Shown here in pieces: positions 54,021 through 64,000 of a stretch of DNA of 64,000 nt. The DNA is taken from the NCBI GenBank assembly GCA_002633005.1, contig NMRA01000195.1, forward strand, positions 162,559-226,558, read 5' to 3'. The notes beneath the pieces are model-generated. The model was given only the letters and a program-made list of their open reading frames with translations. It was not told the DNA's origin and did no database searches. Every line of letters starts with the position of its first letter. Position 1 is the first letter of the stretch. The stretch is from Phoronis australis (taxonomy: Eukaryota > Animalia > Phoronida). The position numbers and the translations under genes were made by a program.

Positions 54021-55069
54021 CAGGATGTTTTGGTTTCGTGAAACTGTTTTCAGATGATTTGTTTCCAGATAGATTTGACGTTTTTCAATTGTTGTCAACG
54101 TGATTCAGATTAATAAAGTGATACCTAATTATTTATTGCCGCTTTTACTAATAGACTATGCTTTGAGAGCACCATCGTTCTCCAGTTTTTCTCGTAACGA
54201 GATAGAACACATGTTTATTTCCGAACTAACAGTACATGTCTTCGTTCTTAAACAACTTGAGGCTGCTGTAACGCGATCATCTGATATTCAAGTTTTTACG
54301 CCCCGTCGGTGCTCCTTAATTATGCTCTTGAATATTTGGAAATTGTTTAAACCCCTGTATACACACCACCCTTTTTCGTATACGACTTTTCGGATGCCAA
54401 AAAAGGTGTGTGTAAGCAGATGTTCCAACAAAAATTTTTGATGGTGTCGTGACTCATACCCAGAAGTGCACAATATGGTTTCACGAAACTTATGTGCCAA
54501 GTTCATGTGACGAAATCGAGAAGGGTTTTTAATTATCTTAAGAAAAACTCAAGGGAAATGTTAAGTGCCAGAAACTTACCAGGATGCATGGAAATTTCAC
54601 TATTTGGCTACAAAAACAAAAAAATATCTTACACGTGGGGGGAAACCCCCCTCCCACGACCTCCCCCCGCTCGGCGCTACGCGCCTAGGGTTCGACCTTG
54701 GCGGGAATCCTAAACCCCCCCTTGCTGAAAACGTAGATCCACCACTGCGGTTCTGGGCTACTTCTGAATCCAAGAACAAGAACTGAAAAAGGCAGGATTC
54801 GTGATAACGTTGGAGAACGGTAAAATTTATATAAGGTGTTACAACTGTCATCGATATTGTCATCTCCTCTGTTTTCATACAACCTCCCCAGATGAAAACT
54901 TGAATGAAGAGGACCTTCAGTACTTGAGTGAGCATGGTATACTGTGTGATTTTTGTTGAATTATTCAACGGTTCCTTTAAGAACCATTTCACGCTATAGC
55001 TACAACCAACGGCCCTATTAAGGGCCACTCAACACTTCCCAGAAGAACTGCTCACTTGAGAATGTTGAT

Positions 55070-55450
55070 TTATAAACACGCTTCCGTAGTTTTCTCAGTA
55101 GGCCTATGTGAACCGTAAATCAAAAACTGTCTGATAACTATGCTGCTATTGGGCAAGCAGACGACATAATCAGTCGGCACCTAAGTTTGAATTTTGTAAA
55201 TAATTACCAGTAGCATTGCCAAAAGTACTCACAATACCAACACTTCTACTATTGAAAGACTTTGAAAATCGTTTCAATGCCCAAATTAATATAAATTAAT
55301 TTTTTTTCGTTGTTTTGGACAGTAAAGTAGATGCAAGTATTTCTCGTCAAATTACACTGACCGGAAACTGCAGCAGATAGGTCAGAAGGGTTCAACTCAG
55401 CACGCAAGGATATGCCGGAGTTGCGAATCTGTTGTCTATAATCTATGGTT
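55070..55450 (-). repeat. Inverted paralogue of 21700-22400 (lacking the nested MITE)
   Basis: GTCGTCTGCTTGC, AAAGTCTT.CAATAGTAGAA and GGCA.TGCTACTGGT are shared in reverse complement. Confidence 0.8.
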
Positions 55451-55470
55451 CATGCAGTTAATATTATTAG

Positions 55471-56152
55471 TGTAATCGTGACGCTCGGGGGCGTCTCGTT
55501 ATCGAACCCGGACAGGACTTGTGAACTACATGTATTTTCGCGTTAAGACGATCGTACTTTTAAGTCAATAGAAACAATCACCATGTTGAAGTATATAGTA
55601 TACAGCATTTATTAACAAAACAAAACAGTACAGTCGCTAGTACGTTTACTCACAGGCAATCCTGGGTAGCGTTGTCGGTCCTTGTTCTAGGTTTTAATTG
55701 CGGTGGGCGTGCGTTTGTGTTTGATGCGTCTTGTTAGACAATTAAGCCCCAGCGCTTCGCGGGGAGAACTTATACGAGAACGATCACTTGCTTTAGGAGT
55801 AAATAGGGGTGAAATTAGACATATAGCCGAAAGTTTAAGGGGCTAAACCTTAGTGGGCTTACTCATTCATAACTGCGAGCTCCGCTTCGGTTGAATTTGG
55901 TAGACGAGACGAAATGTCGCGTCTGTACGACGCTAGGAAAAGTGACCGAATTCCCGAAACCACGAGGTGGCCCACTATTTATAGAGGTTGTCACATGACA
56001 AACCGGGCCAATGACAAGTCACCAAGTCAAAGTTCCTGGACTTGATGGTTCCTCACCAAATAAGGCATGGGGCAAATTATACTAACGCGCTAGTACCGAC
56101 GATAACCAACAGGTGGCTTGCTAATACAGGAGATGAGATCATTCCTGTTACA
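55471..56152 (-). mobile_element. Solo LTR (682 bp, Gypsy/BEL-like)
   Basis: TGTAA...TTACA termini. Minus-strand TATAAATA (~55976-55983) lies upstream of AATAAA (~55607-55612). Flanks TTAG/TTTG form an imperfect 4-bp TSD. Confidence 0.7.
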
Positions 56153-56344
56153 TTTGTAAAGAACTTATAAAGGGATAACTGTACATCAATGAGTCGTTGG
56201 TCATTCAGGCCATCATGCTACTGATTAATAACATGCAGAGCTTAATGACCCAACGACTATGATGATGACCTACTTACTCTTTCCTTTGCCTCTTGCTAAT
56301 CCCATTTCTCGGATGTGACTTAACTGGTATTTGACACATAATGT

Positions 56345-56410
56345 CCTATTGTATATTTTATCCTGATGATGACTTATGAATAGAAGAAACGTTGAATGAA
56401 CATACATTCT
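56345..56410 (+). ncRNA. Degenerate minimal hammerhead ribozyme motif (Penelope/retrozyme type)
   Basis: CTGATGA (56363-56369), 16 nt, then GAAACGTT (56386-56393). Stem I is partial and the stem II closing pair is broken. Confidence 0.4.
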
Positions 56411-59400
56411 TTATTTCTTCGACGATTTTCCGTTTTTTAATCGTACTATGACAAAAAGGATGTAGGTAAAATGCATAGCATAGGCGTTCATTTCTCACTT
56501 CCCCTTGCAGTACGTCCGGCTATCCTACAGTATCCCTCCCATGTCAAATCACTAGAGGAAGTCCACGCCACATCCTTAATCTAAAATATGCTGCGGGTAC
56601 CAACAAGAATGTCTACCAATCTCCAACATAATTTTTATCGACTTTCGAATTCACACCTACGTTTTTCAGCGCCCAACGGAGAGCACTCTTGTGAATGAGT
56701 GTAAGGAACTCGTGCATTGCAGTTACGTGATCCTCGTACTCTGGTTAGGCCACAACTCGCCAGGACTTAAATGTAAACATAGACGGCTAAGCCCACGAGC
56801 CCGTTGGAATATTTTCATGTCTTCGCTTGCTTCAAGTATCCAATGTCGACCCATTTAAACATGCCTCGACTACTGCGTCGTGGAATGTTTTCTCCAATTT
56901 GGTTCAGAAATGTGGTCATTTTGTAACACTTCCCGTTTCATTTCAGGCAGATATGAAAATGCTACTGGAGATTCTAATTGGCGCAACAATTATGACTTAT
57001 CGTAAGTTCTTTAATGTAGTGGCATGATGGTTTGCATAGCGCTTTATGTTGACATGACACGTCTGTTATGAATCAGCGACCGGCTTTGTTCGTGACAAGT
57101 CCAGTAACAGAGCCACGTTGTCAGTATTTAGGCGATGACTTTATCAGCGCGCAGAATGAGAACTCCAAGTTTAGCAATCCAACCTTGGCATTTCTCAGGT
57201 AGAGAGTTACTGATAAAACGATAGCCGTCAGTCTGTAAATATCTGTTTCTGAAATATATATATCCAACATCACTGAGATTAGGAGAAGCGTTGGTGAGAG
57301 TGACTCACCTTCAGCACTTGTTACAACAACAATTCCTGTTTTTGAGAAAAAAACAGGAACACAAGTGTAAATCGTGCTGTTTGTAGCATGTTAGGTTGAC
57401 ATGGAATTACTGTACCGTTTATTGTGCATACATATAGATATACATATACATATACATATACATGGTTTAATTTGTTGATCAAGAATATTAAAATCAAACA
57501 TACATGTAGCCTAGGCTCTGGTAGCAAGTTAAAGACTACCAGAACTAACAGTCATTAACCTCCAAGAATGAATAATGTAATTCAATTTGATTTTATTAAA
57601 ATAAAATACCAGGCCGGTAATTGAAGGTAAAAGTGATTTGAATATCATATATGCTTTCTTGACGTTAATAATTCTTACATCTATTCCATGTACATTGTAT
57701 TAGGTTTCAAATATCAGTCCGGACCAAGTTGAATTTTAAAATTGAAGCACCGAGTTCGTTCATACAAAGCATAACCAGGAAAAATAACCTGTCTCGTTTC
57801 AGGTCTTAATCTCAATTATCTGGGCAGAACAAGCACAGTTATTATGTTCCTTTAGGGGCCTCGTTCATCCGAGAGAAAAAAGGGTGAGGGTAAATTCTAA
57901 CCTGCAATCACCAACAATAGCAACCTCGCCCTATTCCAAGGTCTCATTGGCTCTCTCTCAAGTACCATTTTGTGATGTTTCAAATTGTCGCCTGTGTGTT
58001 TACAAGGCATTTGAACTTCGAGGGAAATTAAGGCCTTGCGAGGGGAACTTCGGGTGATTTGCAATATTTGTGAGAGTATAAAATGTTCCATAATCGGCCC
58101 CAAAATCAAGGGATTGAAGGCTCCATCCTTTTTGGAAACAAAAGCATCATTTTTCACCCCGTAGTCCTGAAAACAGAGCCTGGCTAGCCGAAGATTCACC
58201 GCTCATTTCTATGATCCCCTTCAACCGACAGGAGACAAAATGTGATCGAAAACATTTATAATTTTTACAGGTATTTGGAAATATCTTCCTTTCTCACACC
58301 GTATGCAAACGAGCCAACGGTTCAAAATCTCAACGCCCTTGGGGATTGTAATCTGATGTACTTTTAATCGAAGTTCGAGCAACACGGATCAGAGCTCTGC
58401 CGATTAACCATTAATATGGAGCTTTTGTAGTGAGCCTCGTTTTGGAGCGCGTTAATTGTTTTCTGCGTGAATTAGCCGTATATGAAACTTTTGACAATGC
58501 TGTCGGTTAATCTGAACAGCAATTAGAAGTATCTCCCATGAAACTTACCTCAGCCTTAAAGATGATTTCAAAAAAGTATGCTCATTTAACACAGCGCAGA
58601 CTATATGATGTTTTTTGAACTTCACAGATGGTCTCACTAGATAGTATACATGTGCGGATCACTCATCCATTCTGGGTACTAAGTCAACTGTCGACTTTAC
58701 CGTGATTTTTTGCAGAAACTTAAATAATAAGTTTTGGTGTTTATTTTTTCGAATGTTGCAGAGATCACAGACTCATCTTTTGTAATCAATGTTGATAACC
58801 CATTCGCGATCCACTCGCCAAATGGAAGAAAATCTACTACTCGAAGCACAACTTCACGCCCCCCAGGTAGGTGCAAAAAGGTTCTAGACGTCAATTTGTG
58901 AAAAAAACAAGGTCATTTGCATTGTAAGAAGATTAAAGTTACGGGCCATTTCGTAACTGATGCGAGTTTGCAAGTTCAGTTTAAAAAGCTATTTCCAAAC
59001 ATTATTGATGCGATGCAACTTTCTCTCAGCTGTATGTTTGTGACGGTTATCAGAATGATCAGTCAATTGCTTGCAAATGAAAGGTAAACATAACTTACTA
59101 TAAATGGGCACAATACTGCAATTTTTATACCTGAAAAAGCAACATGTTCTGATGGCAGAGCATGTACCTCTAAAACTGTACGCAAAACAATGACTTACGG
59201 TTGCCACTTCGCCATTGTTGGTCAGTTGTTTTACCAAGTATTATTACATTTGGGCACATCACGGTCCAAAATAGTCTCCACAGTTTATCCCATTGAGAAG
59301 CAAGTGCATGCATATTATCAGAGATTGTGCATTTCTTTCTCATGTGAGATCTAATAACTTTTCACAAATGTTTGTGTGGGTTTTTAGACCAATTCGATGA

Positions 59401-61890
59401 GCCCTAAGCAACAGTTCATGAAACGGATTGAAGTTTATTCATGTTGTGCATGTACGAAACGCTGAGGGGCGCTTGTAGTAACATACTTCGGGGATTTGAT
59501 GTCTTTAAAAGATAGTTTTTGAAACATTGAGGCCTGGTCAAGTACTTGTTTTCACCTTTGGCATAAGTACATGTTTTCTTGTTTAATTTGATAAATGTGG
59601 CACATAAAGACATGGTAAACTTTTATTCCTGACCTAGGCCTGATTTTCATTTAAAACATTTATAAAACCGGATTACCTTTCGTCCAATGCCACTGTGCGG
59701 CTAATGCGTTCGCTATGTGCCAAAGGGGCTTTAATTTTGTCTTTGGTCTGTTAACCTACATGAAAAAAGGCTAATCCTCGTCAAAAGGTTTGGAGCAAAG
59801 TTACAAATTTGATTGCGCACTCTATTAAACCGACATGTGTACAAAACACAAACAAACTCCTGCACGATTATAATGTCCTGATGAGAAATGAAACAAAAGC
59901 TCTCTGGAACTCACCACTACATGTATATAGCACAACTGCATGTTGTCTATTACATGTATTTGCCATCCTTACGGGTATGACTACAATCAGTCAACGTGTG
60001 TGGACCAGGTAGTGCAGCACACGTGGCTCCGAATGTTGCAGCACAGTAGCTTTCTTGTTACGTTTACATAACTCACATCGCTTTGTCCTTTAGTCCCAAC
60101 TCCGTTATCACTGTAACCAGGAAGAGATAACCAGGAAGGGACAGCTGTTTTAGCGCATTTTAACGGATAGTGATTTCAAAAGTAAATGTTAAAGTCGTCT
60201 GGAATCCATGCATTGTGTTCGAAAGCTTAACTCTTTAGCTATAAAATGACACCACTTTGGTCCCCAAAGACTGCATATTAATGGCACTAGGATGCTTTGA
60301 ATATGACTTGTTTTACCCTTAAAAAGATGCCTCTTCCCAGGCATGTACTCGGGCATGATCCTCTTTTTTGAACCAACAGATGTCACTTATGTATGCAAAT
60401 GAGGCTCGCATCTACTACGTCATGTGACGTCATACGACGTCACTGTACGACGCGAACACTCCGGTGCCTGTAGCGAATGACTTGAAACGCAGTTCTACCT
60501 GATTAGGCAGATCTAAGAAAATTAAGAACTCACACAAGTCAATGTTCAAAGAACATTGAATGCTTTCACATGAAAATACATTTAATTGTATTTGGATACG
60601 CTTGCATATGTGTAAGCGTGAACTTTGTCATTTTGCTTAAATCCAGATTTAGAAGCAGGTGTTAGTCAAGAAATTAGCTGCTCACGCCACGGGTGGCAGG
60701 TGTCGTGGCGTCCGAGTCGCCGGGAAGTCCGATCCATGCATGCGCAATTCGACGAACTAATGCTAGTCGCTGGTCAGCTCCGGTATGATTCATGCGCAAT
60801 TCGAAGAACTAATGCTAGTCGCTGGTCGAGCTCCGCTATGTTTCATTTGAGACGTGCGGCTTAACTCGAACCTATACCCGTGTTCTGGCTCCAAGATCGT
60901 TCTGTTTGACCCAGTTTCGGGAAAAGTTTATTTTAATACGGTCATTTCTTGAAGATTTTTTTGAAAGATATGATCCCGAAATCCTTGGCCTATAGAGCTG
61001 TTGAAACACAGCCACTGGTCCAGCTTCTGCCGCCGGGCGGCTGGGGAAAATGCTATGGAACGCGTGTCCCAATAATGCACACACTTCAACTCCTGCAGTT
61101 CGAGTTCTTTTCCCGTCAATCACTGTGCGCGGATTCTACGCGTGCAGCCAACACCTTATTTTTAACGTGGGTGCGTCACTGAGTCACGACGTGTCCAGCC
61201 TTTGCAGTATGTCAAGCAAACGATTCGGTTTAGAAGAACCTAAATTCATTGCACAATACTACTGGGAACTACAAGCATCAAGGAAATGCAAAGACAATCT
61301 TTCCAAATTTACAAGCAATGACTTGAATTTCTTTTTCGGTCCGATCTACGGTTTGTAATTTTTTGAATTTCTTTAGTCTAGTTATTTAAAATTCAATACA
61401 TTCATGAATATCACTGTTATCGCTTAGAGTCCTTGCTTGGGATATGGTGGTCTGATGATGGTTCGAATTTTTGCAAGTCCGTCCTTCAGCCTTCAACTAA
61501 GTTCAGTGACGCATCGCCATTTCTTACAAGACAGTTCCTGTGCTGTGCACGAATGTTTTGTGTTTTTGAGGAATTTGAAATCTCGACCACCCCTCGTGGA
61601 GTAGTTGGCATTGTCATTTCGGAGGTGTATAGAGGGCGCAGCACTGAAATAACATGGGGGCTAAAGCCCCCTCAGCACCCTCGCAGTGCACCGCCTATGG
61701 ACCACTGGAAAACTTGAACTGAATAAAAGGAGAATGACACCCGATTTAATTAGTCTTTTTTGCCTTATTAATTGGTCTATATCCACATCGCCTCGCACAC
61801 GGTGGACCTTATCTTGCCAAGAGGTGTCTCTTTAACCTGTGAGGAAGGTGAGAAACGACGCTAGCGACGTCAGTGGTTCATCTGCACTAA

Positions 61891-62160
61891 ATGAGAGTGA
61901 ATGCCGCTATGTTGCGGTGCATCGTTCCCGCTTGTGCGAGCTATGCAGGTGCGAGGAAAGCGGGAGTATCGTTTTTTCGACTTCCTCGAGAGTCCGAAAT
62001 GTTTAGGAAGTGGATCGCAGTAGTGAAGAATGAAAAATACGCTGTAAATAGCAAGTATGAGGCCGTGGAACATCTCCTTGTCTGTGGCCTGCAGTGGTCG
62101 ACAGCCGCGTGAGTGCCTGACGAATCCCAGCTTGCCAAATAACTATCCCTACGTTCCTCT
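61891..62160 (+). pseudogene. THAP domain remnant in Kolobok copy 4
   Basis: CIVPAC..VSFFRLP..W..VCG, stop at 62112, then a frameshifted TIPTF (AVPT-box-like). Confidence 0.75.
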
Positions 62161-62312
62161 GTCTGAGCTTGTTCACAGCGCCTCTTTAGTATTTCTTCAT
62201 GACTGTATTCCTGTTCGAACTGATAGCCTGTGAAACCTAAGTATCCACCTGCGAAGTCTTCGTCGGGACTGATGAGCTCTCGTCTAAGTCGCAGGGGATT
62301 GCGAGTTGCCAT
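62110..62312 (-). pseudogene. N-terminal remnant of a second, antisense Kolobok ORF (KolX-like)
   Basis: MAT...DEDF...GYQFEQEYSHEEILKRR. The homologous GNQFETEYTDQEIL is at ~10880-10925 (+) in copy 1. Confidence 0.5.
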
Positions 62313-62668
62313 GTTGACGTTTATCACTGAGCGTTCTGTTTCAAATTGAATTATTCTCACCCTAACCAATACTTATATCAAACTGAAACAAAGTCTGTCT
62401 CATTAGATGCAATTTGTAATGCCTTTGGAGTGTTCCTGAGTGCAAACATGATTTGAGAAGCCAGCAATGAATAAATACCTGCGTTAAGTGCAATAAAACT
62501 AATTGACGGGACACCGAGGCCGTGTGAACTCATGCTAATTTAGTGTTAGATGGCAGAAACTGTTGTGAAACAACTCGATTTCCATCCCACGGCCAGGTGT
62601 TAGGGAAATCTTTATTTATATTTACATTATTCAAATAATGATTGTCAATGTACAGCTTCTGCCCTGAC

Positions 62669-62905
62669 CATGCGCGCACCCAGGGGGGCTCGAACGAGCT
62701 AGGGCAAAGTGGCGAAGTGGACAAAAAGGTCCGCCTCTGGGAAACAAAAAGTCCGAGAAAATGAGACTAAAGTCCTCTAAATAAGCACAATCGCGCAGTT
62801 CACAGTGGTGCCCCGTTTTTTTAGCTCACCCGCTTTTTTGTTACCAAAAGGTCCATAACGTCAGAAATTCGAGTCCCCCCATATTGAAGGCTGGGTGTGA
62901 GCATG
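62669..62905. mobile_element. CATGCGCGCACCCAG MITE nested in Kolobok copy 4
   Basis: Paralogue of 12643-12897; 5-bp flanks CTGAC/TTGAC. Confidence 0.8.
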
Positions 62906-64000
62906 TTGACGGTGCTGTGGACAAAGCGGAATCGGAATTAGCGGCCCCGACGAGTAAGTAGATTTGCAGTTTCGTGGCTAATTCACCAACATAATCACGT
63001 GCACATTACTTTGGCTCACTAGTATAGTATTTTCCTGACTAGAAGTTTAGTTTCCAACTTTGGCTGGTTTATGTTCGTGATGTCTGATCAGTTTCCGAGC
63101 CACTGGTCGGGATAACGAGTGAATCCTGCCGGCCGCGACGGGCCTGACCGGGCTCCGAGCCACTGGCCAGAATAACGAGCGTTTTGGGTGGTTAGAACTC
63201 AAAAAATCGCAATTCTAAACAACACAGACTAGGTTTTCCTGTCTGTATCTCACGAAAAATACTTCGAATTTATCTCCGAAAAGACCCCAAACTCCTGCTA
63301 CGGACCTTATTGGAATGCCGAGCCGTTGTAGGCTACGGCCGTGTCCAAATACCAATAAATCCGTAACAGCGAAATAAAAAATCAGTTTTTTTATACGAAC
63401 TCGGTGTATTTTTAAGGGTTTTACATCGAAGTTTGATGATTTATTGGTGTAAAACGATGAATTCAAGCGATAAGCTGACACCAGTAACCCGTGTTGTGAA
63501 CTGCTGAACAGACTGCATGTGAAACCAATTCCGTCATTGGATAATTTCAAAACCTCAGTCTGCCGTCAGGTGTCAGGTAACGCAACCGCGCGTGCCGTTA
63601 TGGAGTAGAACTATTCGATCTAAATTGATACAAATTAGGTTGTTTTTGGGTGGCATGCTCCTTTAATACGCTCCGCAAAATTTTTGCTGTACAAACTTTC
63701 TCGAATTTTCGAAATACATTTATGAATCGTTAAGTGCACATTTTCAAGAGCGCTTAGACGACCTATGCTGCAAAAACGGAGACCCTAACAACAATTGTCC
63801 TGGTCAGGGCCCTCAAATGGTAAACCATACACTGATACCGAGTTTTCAAAGTTCTCTTGAGTTTTCTCTCTGATCAGTATTCGAAGTCTTTCCTTTTTGT
63901 CTTTCCCCATCCCCACACCTTTGTCGGTTGCCATGGTTTAACCCTGAGGCATGCAATTTTTTGGGGTGGCACTCGCCCTCCCCCCGCTTACTAAGGTCCT

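Larger units (their letters stand above)
61728..63662 (+). mobile_element. Non-autonomous Kolobok-type DNA transposon, copy 4 (full length)
   Basis: AGGAGAATGACACCC...GGGTGGCATGCTCCT followed by TTAA; inverted paralogue of 9422-11371. Confidence 0.85.

Overview
This is eukaryotic, intron-rich, AT-rich genomic DNA, probably from a marine invertebrate (inferred). It has seven single-N assembly joins at 3475, 25130, 27664, 38362, 42420, 44526 and 52437. Two host genes lie on the + strand: a two-exon fuseless-like multi-pass membrane protein (~13.6-19.2 kb) and a clan-2 (CYP17-like) cytochrome P450 (29.5-40.4 kb). The P450 has 9 visible coding exons but no K-helix/ExxR exon. The rest is mostly transposon debris: four copies of a ~1.9-kb non-autonomous Kolobok-type element (THAP remnant plus an antisense KolX-like remnant), L1/Tx1, CR1/L2, RTE-X and LOA/R1-like LINE fragments, a solo LTR, a hAT transposase remnant, many MITEs, a Helentron-type repeat with CTCF-like motifs, and two 27-bp minisatellites. 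The most notable signal is the window-wide TACATGTA and TAGGCCTA motifs. By-eye comparison of paralogous repeat copies shows them as de novo 6-bp insertions at TA sites, consistent with cut-and-paste transposon excision scars. All alignments were done by eye and no database searches were run.
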